DNA of 37,628 bases from Pseudobdellovibrionaceae bacterium (GTDB lineage: Bacteria > Bdellovibrionota > Bdellovibrionia > Bdellovibrionales > Bdellovibrionaceae), in assembly GCA_043728555.1 (NCBI GenBank), contig JAYTMM010000051.1, positions 1-37,628 of the forward strand, written 5' to 3'. The position numbers were made by a program, and so were the translations under genes. Below, piece by piece: positions 29,530-37,628 of the stretch (position 1 is its first letter; the number at the start of each line of letters is the position of its first letter). Under the pieces are notes generated by a model. It saw nothing but the letters and a program-made list of their open reading frames with translations. It did not search any database and had not been told where the DNA came from.

Positions 29530-30363
29530 ATGAAAGCGAAGTATCCGTTTTATTTTTTATCGATGGCCTCAGTGGCGTTTTTGTTAACGTCGCTGATTGC
29601 AAATTCGGTGGCCATCGCTGATCGCCCCGAAGATACTTCGTATTTATGTTCGTCAGAACGAAACCAATTAAATTTTAATACCCATATCCAATCACAAAAT
29701 AAATCCACGCTGACGGTATTAACGTGGAACGCACATAAATTTGCAGACACACAATATTTTATCGATATCAAAAAATTATCACAAAATTCAGATTTAATTT
29801 TTATTCAAGAAGCCATGCATTCATCTGGCTGGCAAAACGCATTCGCATCACACATGCCGTTTGACTGGAACTTTTACAAAAGTTTTTGTACAAATAATCA
29901 GGCCACAGGTGTACTGACCGGCAGCCGTTACCCTCTGATGACCCCGCGAACAATTTTAACAACAGGCACAGAACCCTTGTCATTCACACCCAAAGTCAGT
30001 GGTGTCAGTTTTATTGAATTTCAAAATAAAAAAATTATGCTTATTAATACACATGCTTTAAATTTTAATTTAGGTTCAGATTTCGAAGATCAAATCGATC
30101 AAATTATCGAAATGATTTCACAAACAAATTTACCAATTATTTGGGCTGGTGATTTTAATACATGGAGCCCAGGTCGCCGTTCCTATTTATTTAATCAAGC
30201 TATATCGCAAGGCTTAGATCCACTGATCCCAAAAAATGATTCACGCACGTTGCAATTAGATCATATTTTAGTTCGTGGATTCAGATCATTAAATACTAAA
30301 GTTTTAGACCAATTTAAATCTTCAGATCATTTACCTGTAATGACTGAACTGGTTTTACAATAA
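29530..30363 (+). CDS. Exported endonuclease/exonuclease/phosphatase (EEP, YafD-like) protein
   Basis: TWNAHK, IQE, NTHA, WAGDFNTW, LDHI, SDHLPV; N-terminal signal. Confidence 0.9.
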   Translation: MKAKYPFYFLSMASVAFLLTSLIANSVAIADRPEDTSYLCSSERNQLNFNTHIQSQNKSTLTVLTWNAHKFADTQYFIDIKKLSQNSDLIFIQEAMHSSGWQNAFASHMPFDWNFYKSFCTNNQATGVLTGSRYPLMTPRTILTTGTEPLSFTPKVSGVSFIEFQNKKIMLINTHALNFNLGSDFEDQIDQIIEMISQTNLPIIWAGDFNTWSPGRRSYLFNQAISQGLDPLIPKNDSRTLQLDHILVRGFRSLNTKVLDQFKSSDHLPVMTELVLQ

Positions 30364-30390
30364 ATTTTTAATATTTTTTTAAATCTGAAA

Positions 30391-31167
30391 TTACAAACAC
30401 TGACAATTTGATTTTAACGAATCCAAACCTGAGCAGCTGACGGTTTTTCCACCCTTTGATAATGAAATCGATTCTAATTTTCCGTTGCGTTCAATCATAA
30501 CCAGTTCTTCGCCCTCTTGGTAATAGGCACGGCCACCTTTTTCTTCCAGCGAAGTTTCAAAACCTGCGCGTAAAGAATCAATATAGGAATCTGTCGGATT
30601 CAACGTTTGCTCAGGGTCTGCCGTTTGTAATTCCGGCATGCCTTGTTCATTCACTTTATATATTTGCAAATGCTTTAAAGGTTGGTTGTCGTTCGATTGA
30701 TAATTTATTTCTGTACGAAGTCGTTTTCGTTCGCCTTCGTTATTACGCAGATCTCGCTGTGTCCAGTCATCCATTTGCACAACAACTTCGCCTAATGCGG
30801 GCCTAAGGCTGACAACCAAATTATCAAACGTGGGATCAACCTTTTCGCTGTCCACTGAATTTTTTATTTCCAAGCATGTTCCGATTGTTTTTAAATGTTC
30901 AGAAAAATTTTTATAGACCTGCTGATTATCTTCGGGTTTTGCAGGCTCACCCAATGACGTACCCATGGGTTTTGCTAATGTTTTTTCACCTGACGTCAAT
31001 ACCGCAGCTGGCAGCACGACTGATTCAGCTTGAACGTTTTCTAGAGATTCTTCCGCTTCGATTTTCGCTTTGGCTGCAATTTTTTTTTGTTCACTGCGAT
31101 CATAAAAATAAAAAACACTCATCGCAACAAGTGTGGCGATAATTCCGATAACAAAATCTTTCCTCAC
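30391..31167 (-). CDS. Membrane-anchored hypothetical protein
   Basis: N-terminal TM; C-terminal C-x8-C-x-C; GTG start overlapping the upstream stop. Confidence 0.75.
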   Translation of the reverse strand: MRKDFVIGIIATLVAMSVFYFYDRSEQKKIAAKAKIEAEESLENVQAESVVLPAAVLTSGEKTLAKPMGTSLGEPAKPEDNQQVYKNFSEHLKTIGTCLEIKNSVDSEKVDPTFDNLVVSLRPALGEVVVQMDDWTQRDLRNNEGERKRLRTEINYQSNDNQPLKHLQIYKVNEQGMPELQTADPEQTLNPTDSYIDSLRAGFETSLEEKGGRAYYQEGEELVMIERNGKLESISLSKGGKTVSCSGLDSLKSNCQCL

Positions 31168-32165
31168 TTAATTAAACCGATTTCACGCAACCGTTGCATT
31201 AAAAATTCATGTGCTGTGATATCGGCGTATTTCGCTCCGTCACCTTTGCACGATGGCAAACACGTCAGTAACGATTCGGGATGTGGATGCATAAAGAACG
31301 GCATCGAAAAGCGTGATTTATTTGTTCCATCATTGGGGTTAATCACTCGATGAGTCGTCGACGGAATCACATCGTTTGTAATTCGCGCTAACATATCACC
31401 AGCATCAACAATCAATGTTCCGAAATCAGATTCGATATCCAACCATTGGCCATCGCGATCTTTTAATTGTAAACCCGATTGCGTCGCCGCTGGTAAAATT
31501 GTGATAAAATTAATATCTTCGTGGGCCGCCGCGCGAATGCAGCGTGGATCAGTGCCCTCTGGAATCGGCGGGTAATGCAACAATCGTAAAATTGAATTGC
31601 CTTCTTCGACCATGCCTTTGAAATAATTTTTTTCAACTTTTAATGGTGACGTTAAGGCCTCCATCATTTGAATTCCGGCCTGTTCAAGCTGCGCAAATAA
31701 TTTTTCAAACAGCGGACGAAATTCCGCGACACTGTCGTCGGGCCAAATATTTTTTGGATAATATTTCGCAAACGCATGTGAATCAGCGACTTCACGGCCT
31801 ACGTGCCAGAATTCTTTCAAATCCATAACGGGTGAACCCTTGGCGTGTTCTTTACCGAACGCTGTGTAGCCGCGCTGACCACCGCCTAGTTCTGAAATAT
31901 ATGAACGTTTTTTTGCATCTGATAAATTATAAAATTTTTCCAGAATTAAATACGCTTGTTTTAATAAATCTGGCGACACATCGTGATCTTTTAAAACGAT
32001 GAAACCGTATTCTTTCATTCCGATAAATAATTGTTCAATAAATTTAGACCGCTCTGCTTCAGTGCCTTTTGTATAGTGGCTTAGGCTGAGCGTTGGAACT
32101 TTTCGTAACGTTTGATTTTGTGTTTGCATAGGTTGCAGATTATCAGATTTAATCTTTATTTTCAA
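31164..32165 (-). CDS. Isopenicillin N synthase-like 2OG-Fe(II) oxygenase
   Basis: LRLLHYPP, AHEDIN (HxD), STTHRV, RFSMPFF (RxS). The start may be ATG 32129. Confidence 0.93.
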   Translation of the reverse strand: MKIKIKSDNLQPMQTQNQTLRKVPTLSLSHYTKGTEAERSKFIEQLFIGMKEYGFIVLKDHDVSPDLLKQAYLILEKFYNLSDAKKRSYISELGGGQRGYTAFGKEHAKGSPVMDLKEFWHVGREVADSHAFAKYYPKNIWPDDSVAEFRPLFEKLFAQLEQAGIQMMEALTSPLKVEKNYFKGMVEEGNSILRLLHYPPIPEGTDPRCIRAAAHEDINFITILPAATQSGLQLKDRDGQWLDIESDFGTLIVDAGDMLARITNDVIPSTTHRVINPNDGTNKSRFSMPFFMHPHPESLLTCLPSCKGDGAKYADITAHEFLMQRLREIGLIK

Positions 32166-32902
32166 CTTGACGGTTTCAGCTTGATTTCAATGACTCGCGC
32201 ATGGTCTGCACTTGAAAATTCAAAATGAATATCCCCGTCATACAGCCTGAAAGCATGTTTATTTCGATATGGTGATTCTGTCGATTCATAGCCTTTGTAT
32301 ATGACTGGCCTTGGGTCCTGTTTTAAAGTTTGAATGATCACTTCGCGTAATTCTGGGCGCCCAGATTTTTCGATCCAGTTTTTTAATCCAACGTCTGCGA
32401 TTTCAGAAAATTCGACGCTGATATTTTTTGGTTCTGATTCAACAGACCATCCGCCTTTAGCTTGCGGTTGATTTTCAAATTGCGGCAAATACGGTTTAAT
32501 ATCCAGCACAGGTGTGCCATCAACCAGATCGGCACCTGCAAAAATAATTTTATTTTTTTCAATTTTTACAATTTCAACCAATGACAATCCGATGGGGTTC
32601 GGACGATGCGGAGACCGCGTCGCAAACACACCGATCGATTCACCATTCATGCGCGGTGGATGAACTTTGGCATGATACCGCGCTGATTTATTTAAATGAA
32701 AAACAAAAACAATCCACACATGCGAATATCCCGACAAACCTTCAAGAGCTTGTTCAGGTTGCCATTCTGGAGAAATAATTAATTCAGAATATGCGCTTGA
32801 AACAATGCCTGACTGTCTGGGTACACCAAATTTATCAGGATAACATGATTTTAAAAAACCAATGGGCTTAAAGTTGTAATTATAAATTCCCGGATTTTCC
32901 AG
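32162..32902 (-). CDS. tsaA: tRNA m6t6A37 methyltransferase TrmO/TsaA
   Basis: GVFATRSPHRPNPIGLS, DLVDGTPVLDIKPY, QDPRP. The frame extends upstream through the conserved KPIGFLKSCYPDKFGVPRQSG to CTG 32902, which is preceded by an in-frame TAG. Confidence 0.9.
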   Translation of the reverse strand: MENPGIYNYNFKPIGFLKSCYPDKFGVPRQSGIVSSAYSELIISPEWQPEQALEGLSGYSHVWIVFVFHLNKSARYHAKVHPPRMNGESIGVFATRSPHRPNPIGLSLVEIVKIEKNKIIFAGADLVDGTPVLDIKPYLPQFENQPQAKGGWSVESEPKNISVEFSEIADVGLKNWIEKSGRPELREVIIQTLKQDPRPVIYKGYESTESPYRNKHAFRLYDGDIHFEFSSADHARVIEIKLKPSS

Positions 32903-33656
32903 CTAAAGCCTCGCGATTTAAAATGATAATTTCTTTACCATTAATATCGATCAAGCCTTCGTTTTTAAATTCAGTCAAGTGACGCGATAGTGATTCGTTA
33001 ATTGTACTGGCTAATTGCGCAAATTCATTTCGTGTTAATTTTAAATTCAAAGAAATTCCGCGATTTGTTTTTATGCCGAAACGATCTGCCAACGTTACGA
33101 TTTGATAAGCGATACGTTCTTGCACCGAAGCTAAATAATGAAACTGACCGATTTTTTCTTGATATTGTAAATCAGCTACAGATTGTTTCATCAATGTTGT
33201 TAAAATTGGGCTCAGACCCGACATCATTTGCTGTACAGTTCGTAGTGGGTAAAAATAAACAGTCGAAGTTTTTACGGCTTCCGCAAAACAATCTGAGTGA
33301 TCGCCAACAATCAACGCTTTGTAGCCAAACATTTCACCTGTCGAAACCAATTTCGTCACATATTCAGCTGTCGTCGTACGGCCTCGAGCCGAATCACGAT
33401 GAACAAAAATTTTCACACAGCCCGTTTTTAAAATGTACAAACCTTTTGGTGTAGAACCTTCTTTGAAAATGACTTCACCTTCATTGAAGGTCAGTGTTTC
33501 GTACTGCGCTTCGGAAAAATTTGTTAAATTTGTTTTTGGTAAAACATTTGATAGCTCTGCATCTGGAACTGTCGATGCCGATTCGCCAGATAGACTGTTG
33601 TGGCCAGCAAATAATTGAACTATTTCACTTTTGAACTGAGTATTAAATTTTGTCAT
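32880..33656 (-). CDS. Crp/Fnr family transcriptional regulator
   Basis: cNMP-binding fold (GEVIFKEG..LYILKTGCVKI..GEMFG) and HTH LTRNEFAQLASTINESLSRHLTEF; GGAG SD. Confidence 0.93.
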   Translation of the reverse strand: MTKFNTQFKSEIVQLFAGHNSLSGESASTVPDAELSNVLPKTNLTNFSEAQYETLTFNEGEVIFKEGSTPKGLYILKTGCVKIFVHRDSARGRTTTAEYVTKLVSTGEMFGYKALIVGDHSDCFAEAVKTSTVYFYPLRTVQQMMSGLSPILTTLMKQSVADLQYQEKIGQFHYLASVQERIAYQIVTLADRFGIKTNRGISLNLKLTRNEFAQLASTINESLSRHLTEFKNEGLIDINGKEIIILNREALAGKSGNL

Positions 33657-33758
33657 AAAGTCTCCGTTGAAATTAGTTTACTATTTATTAAACCAATTTG
33701 CAAATATTTCTGCGTTCTCGAGTCTGGTTGTCGCAAAATGAAACAGATTTAAATTACA

Positions 33759-33796
33759 TTAATTAATTCATATACTTAAGAATATGAATTAATTAA
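33759..33796. repeat. 38-bp near-perfect AT-rich palindrome
   Basis: TTAATTAATTCATAT-A-CTTAAG-A-ATATGAATTAATTAA, with one A/A mismatch. Confidence 0.9.
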
Positions 33797-33912
33797 CTCA
33801 GTAGCGCTCATGTCAAGATCCGCCCGCGTCTTTTCAAAATACTGATTTGTTCTTTGGTTTATAAATTTGTAAGGTGTCCGTAAATCTTAACAGCACACCC
33901 CACAGGAGCATT

Positions 33913-35028
33913 ATGAGAATTTCAGTACTTTTACTTGCGACAGTTTTTATTTCTTTGAATTCTGAATTTGTAAACGCATGGGGTGGCCGCGGGCACGCAG
34001 CGATTTGTGAATCCGCAGTTTATTTATTGAAAGATCAAAACCTGAAAGAATATTTACAAAACAAACCACACATGATGGCACACCTTTGTAATATTCCAGA
34101 TATCGCCTGGAGAAACATCGACAGCAAATTCACAGTTCACGGTAACGCCACACACTATATTAACGTTGAATCATTGGGTCTGGCGATCAAAGATGTGCCC
34201 ACAGATTTAAAAACAATTATTGAAAAATACACAGGTACTGAAAACCGCATCAAAGAAAATGCAAAAATTGTTTCAATCCCCCAAGACATGGGTACAAATT
34301 GGTGGCGTGCAGATCAGTTTTTTAAACGTGCTGTTGCTGCAGCGACAGAATTAAAAACATTAACTGCGCCGTCAAATTCAAAAGAAGAACAAGACGAAAA
34401 TTTCGCGTACAATAAATCATTTTTTGAAATGATCACTTCGATGGGCTTAATGGGCCATTTTGTGGGCGACAATTCACAACCGTTTCATGTCACATCAGAT
34501 CACGACGGATACGCTGCAGGTCATGGCGGAATTCATGCGTACTACGAAGATTCTGCCGTTGCTTTTTACGGGCCAGATCTGCAATCAAAAATCGTTGCCG
34601 CAGGTAAAAAAATGCAAACCGGACAAAATAATTCAAATAGCACCGCAAAATTTTTAAAAGGCGCAAACACCGTCGAAAAAATGAAAGCACTGGGTGAAAT
34701 TTCTTACGGTGAAATCAAAGCGATTTTAAAAGTTGACCCAGTGATTACACCATCAGTTTTAAAAGTCGAAAAAGGCATGAGCTTAAAAACTGCAGCTGTA
34801 CGAAAACCTGCCAACGTTGGTTACAAAAATTTTGAAAAATTAATGACTGTGCAAATGGCCAGATCTGCAACACTGTTAGCAAGCCTTTGGGACGAAGCTT
34901 ACAAGGCTGCTGGCAGCCCCGAAGCGAAGGCCTACAAGAGCTATAAATACCCAATCAACCCTGAGTTTGTAATGCCAGATTATTACGATACAGTTGCAGC
35001 AGAAACTAAAACTAAAACCAAGAAGTAA
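33913..35028 (+). CDS. Secreted S1/P1 nuclease / Zn-dependent phospholipase C-like hydrolase
   Basis: ATG 33913 with AGGAG SD; signal peptide followed by WGGRGH; NIPD, HYIN, HFVGDNSQPFH, IHAYYED. Confidence 0.8.
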   Translation: MRISVLLLATVFISLNSEFVNAWGGRGHAAICESAVYLLKDQNLKEYLQNKPHMMAHLCNIPDIAWRNIDSKFTVHGNATHYINVESLGLAIKDVPTDLKTIIEKYTGTENRIKENAKIVSIPQDMGTNWWRADQFFKRAVAAATELKTLTAPSNSKEEQDENFAYNKSFFEMITSMGLMGHFVGDNSQPFHVTSDHDGYAAGHGGIHAYYEDSAVAFYGPDLQSKIVAAGKKMQTGQNNSNSTAKFLKGANTVEKMKALGEISYGEIKAILKVDPVITPSVLKVEKGMSLKTAAVRKPANVGYKNFEKLMTVQMARSATLLASLWDEAYKAAGSPEAKAYKSYKYPINPEFVMPDYYDTVAAETKTKTKK

Positions 35029-36067
35029 TCGCAACCTGTGATAAAAATTGATTGCCGTTCAGCGCACCTGTTTGCGCTGAACCAATCAATCCCGAAAATG
35101 TCGAATCCAATAATATATTTTTAAATTTAAATCCCGCACCCAACGCAGCCTGCGTATTATTTTCTGAATTCGGCGCCGTTTCAAATTGGCTGATCAAAAA
35201 AGTTTGCTTTACGGACCCGCGTAAAACCAACCATTCATTAAATTCAGATTCAATCCCCATTGTCAGCGGAACTTGGTTCAGGTGATCTTTTAAATGTGTC
35301 GTTTTGTATTTTATATTTTGAATCAGAACATCGACGCGGTAAAAAAAATGGCTTTTGTCTAAATCAGTTCTGTCAGAAAAACCAAATTCAAAATTTTGAA
35401 AATCGATGGCAGTAACTTCTGTGCCTGAATTTTTTTGCACAACAGTGAAATACTGAATCGAACCCGATAAAATTAACGATTCGATTTCATACAATACGGA
35501 TGCGGACACAGAATCACTAAAATTTATTTTTTTTTGCCCCGCCATTGTCACATCATTCACCAATGGCAAATTCAAAGCGAATGACAAAAATCCAGATCGA
35601 TAACCTGTCTGAATAATTTGCGTCGATTCACCGATTTGATTTAATTTATCATTGTGATTTGAATAAAATAACCCCAAAGAAAAAATTTGGCCTTTGTTTT
35701 TATATGACCATAAAAAATCAATTGGATTTTGTGACAGTTCAAAATTTTGCGCCGTCACCGAATTAAATAAAATTCGTTGACGACCTACAAATTGGTCCTG
35801 TCTGCCGACAGAGCCTGCTAAATTCACGTCTTTGCTTAACGTAACTAAACCTGATGCAAATACACCATCTGACAATGTTGTTGCATTTGTAACACCAGAT
35901 TCAATTTGTAAAAACGGATCTGTTTCAGAAACTTTGGATGGAAAATAAAAAATGTTTTCTGTATCTGCAAAATGATTTTGGCTTTGTAACGAAGAAAGCC
36001 TAGCTCTTGAGGCTAGGCTTAATGTTGAAAAACTTGAAATGATTAAAAAATAAAAAATGTTTTTCAA
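35012..36067 (-). CDS. Porin-like OM protein, paralog 2 (PopA/OmpBb-like)
   Basis: Signal peptide, ASRARLSSL, DTENIFYFP, VPLTMGIE...WLVLRGSVKQ, C-terminal QVAITSWF; TTG start. Confidence 0.7.
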   Translation of the reverse strand: MKNIFYFLIISSFSTLSLASRARLSSLQSQNHFADTENIFYFPSKVSETDPFLQIESGVTNATTLSDGVFASGLVTLSKDVNLAGSVGRQDQFVGRQRILFNSVTAQNFELSQNPIDFLWSYKNKGQIFSLGLFYSNHNDKLNQIGESTQIIQTGYRSGFLSFALNLPLVNDVTMAGQKKINFSDSVSASVLYEIESLILSGSIQYFTVVQKNSGTEVTAIDFQNFEFGFSDRTDLDKSHFFYRVDVLIQNIKYKTTHLKDHLNQVPLTMGIESEFNEWLVLRGSVKQTFLISQFETAPNSENNTQAALGAGFKFKNILLDSTFSGLIGSAQTGALNGNQFLSQVAITSWF

Positions 36068-36082
36068 AAAATACTTTGAAAA

Positions 36083-37201
36083 TTAATATTTATAAACTAC
36101 ACCGACTTGAGCTAACAAATCCGTGCCGTTGATATTTTGATTTGCTGTTGTGCCAGTTAAGCCTTTTAACGTCGCATCCAGCTGAACTTTGTTCATAACG
36201 ATTCCAACGCCCGCAGCGACGGCTGTATTATTTGCTTCTGCAGAAAATTCGGCATCAACCACACCAGACGCACCTGTTAATGATGCTGCTGAATAACCAA
36301 CTTCATCTTTGGATTGAGCAACCAAAACTGTTTGCGTAATTGATCCACGCAATACCAACCAGTCATTAGCTTTGGCTTCTGCACCTAAAATTAATGGCAA
36401 TGTTGTGCGATTAAATTTTTTATCTGCTTGTTTATCTTTAACAGTCACTTGTTGTAAACCGGCACCCATAAAGAATTCGCCAGCCTCAATTTTGTTAACA
36501 TTAACAACGCGTAAATTAATGTCTTGAAAACCGTGACTTAAATTTGGCGCAAGACCTGCATTTAAGGTCTGTGAAACATTCCATGTTGTGATGTCTAAAC
36601 CATAACGAAACGCATTTTGATTATAACGTAAGCCTAAATTGAAATACACATCACCATTCAACTGATCACCCGCTGTATTCACAGCTGAATTCACCAATCC
36701 AAAATTTGCTTTCCATTTGATGTCACCATATGAAGCTGCTAAACGTAAACCTGCTGATGATTCTTTTTCATTCGTCAGCTTGTTATTGAAATTTGAATAA
36801 TATGTTCCCAGGCCCCAAACCGTTGAACCGTCTTTCCAACCGTAAATAATTTCAGCTGGATTTTGTTGAGTTTTGTAACCCGTAACACCAGTGATACCAT
36901 TTACAAATTTTCTTTGTGATTGAACAGATTCATCCAAATGACCGACCGAGAAAAATAATTTTGAATCTGAATTTACATTCATCAACACTGAACCTTCAGC
37001 ACCGTTATCAACAGTTGTTGAAGTTGTTAAACCGGCCTCTAAAGCCACAAAATTTTCTAATGACATCAAATGATATGGACTTACAAAAACAGTTTGCGTG
37101 CCTGATAAATGTAAAGAATTTGACAAAGCCTTTAGGCGAGCTTTGGTTGCAAATGCTGTTGAGAATGAACAAGCGATCACTAACATTAATAAGTGTTTCA
37201 T
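36083..37201 (-). CDS. Porin-like OM protein, paralog 1 (PopA/OmpBb-like)
   Basis: AGGAG SD; ATKARLKAL, LPLILGAE...WLVLRGSITQ, VAAGVG, C-terminal QVGVVYKY. Confidence 0.72.
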   Translation of the reverse strand: MKHLLMLVIACSFSTAFATKARLKALSNSLHLSGTQTVFVSPYHLMSLENFVALEAGLTTSTTVDNGAEGSVLMNVNSDSKLFFSVGHLDESVQSQRKFVNGITGVTGYKTQQNPAEIIYGWKDGSTVWGLGTYYSNFNNKLTNEKESSAGLRLAASYGDIKWKANFGLVNSAVNTAGDQLNGDVYFNLGLRYNQNAFRYGLDITTWNVSQTLNAGLAPNLSHGFQDINLRVVNVNKIEAGEFFMGAGLQQVTVKDKQADKKFNRTTLPLILGAEAKANDWLVLRGSITQTVLVAQSKDEVGYSAASLTGASGVVDAEFSAEANNTAVAAGVGIVMNKVQLDATLKGLTGTTANQNINGTDLLAQVGVVYKY

Positions 37202-37262
37202 AAATCTCCTTTAAGATTGTGACTTCAGCCTAGCGACTTTTGTCCAGACTGACAACAGCGAT

Positions 37263-37289
37263 TTCAGTTTAAATTCATTATGCCGATAT
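37263..37289 (+). promoter_or_regulatory. Sigma28 promoter
   Basis: TTCAGTTT-N11-GCCGATAT versus consensus TAAAGTTT-N11-GCCGATAA. Confidence 0.65.
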
Positions 37290-37305
37290 AATTCGCAGAG
37301 GGTTT

Positions 37306-37628
37306 ATGAAAAAAGGAATACGATTTTTACTTACATTATCTGCTTCAGTTTTTTTAATTTTTAATTTGCTCACACTGGGCTGGTTAACATTAAAAATGAA
37401 CGAGAAAGATCAACTGATCACCAAATTAACCGATACAGTCATGCCTTCTGTCTTAAATATCACTGAAGTTCAAAGTCAAATTCATCAATTAAAGTCCATC
37501 CAACTTCAAGCAATCTCAAAGGATGACAGCAATAAAAGCAAATTGATCGAAGATATCGAATCAACTTTAAATTCACTACAGATTTATAAATCGCAAATAG
37601 AAAACTTTGTGTCCAGCGATAATAAAAA
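37306..37628 (+). CDS. 5' part of a membrane sensor, probable MCP with four-helix-bundle domain (truncated by window end)
   Basis: GAGGG SD; MKKGIRFLLTLSASVFLIFNLLTLGW TM followed by LTDTVMPSVLNITEVQ; frame open to the window end. Confidence 0.7.
   Translation, partial: MKKGIRFLLTLSASVFLIFNLLTLGWLTLKMNEKDQLITKLTDTVMPSVLNITEVQSQIHQLKSIQLQAISKDDSNKSKLIEDIESTLNSLQIYKSQIENFVSSDNK

Noticed and set aside
32162-32737. tsaA as a 5'-truncated pseudogene
   Set aside because: The upstream frame is intact and encodes the conserved N-terminus.
33759-33796. dif site or terminator
   Set aside because: It does not match the XerC/XerD arms, and it lies between divergent 5' ends with an almost entirely AT stem.
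1-37628. CRISPR arrays, rRNA/tRNA, IS or prophage genes
   Set aside because: I saw no spaced repeats, structural RNA signatures or transposase/integrase ORFs. Intergenic gaps are all under ~260 bp.

Overview
AT-rich bacterial chromosomal segment, most consistent with a predatory Bdellovibrionaceae member. The evidence is maf-yggS-proC and divIVA in a diderm context, an orphan tadC with FHA proteins, PopA/OmpBb-like barrels and several sigma28-like promoters. In order it contains: (1) a minus-strand tadC-DUF192-FHA x3 operon ending in a degenerate PP2C-like gene, probably a Tad/Kil-like predation signalling module; (2) divergent maf-yggS-proC; (3) an apparently inserted module of a DUF3373-like beta-barrel, a small 4-Cys exported protein and an MCP, which separates proC from divIVA; (4) divIVA, an OM barrel, and MFS-rhodanese-valS; (5) a ~10.5 kb chemosensory island with hybrid kinase, Hpt, cheY, cheX, a CheR-REC-REC-CheB fusion, MCP, cheW and cheA; (6) an unannotated 23-aa membrane peptide and an EEP hydrolase; (7) crp/fnr-tsaA(trmO)-2OG oxygenase-hypothetical, where tsaA appears to need a CTG start; (8) an S1/P1-like Zn hydrolase, two tandem porin-like paralogs and the 5' part of another probable chemoreceptor. 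I saw no rRNA, tRNA, CRISPR or mobile-element genes. All calls come from manual motif reading, with no database searches.
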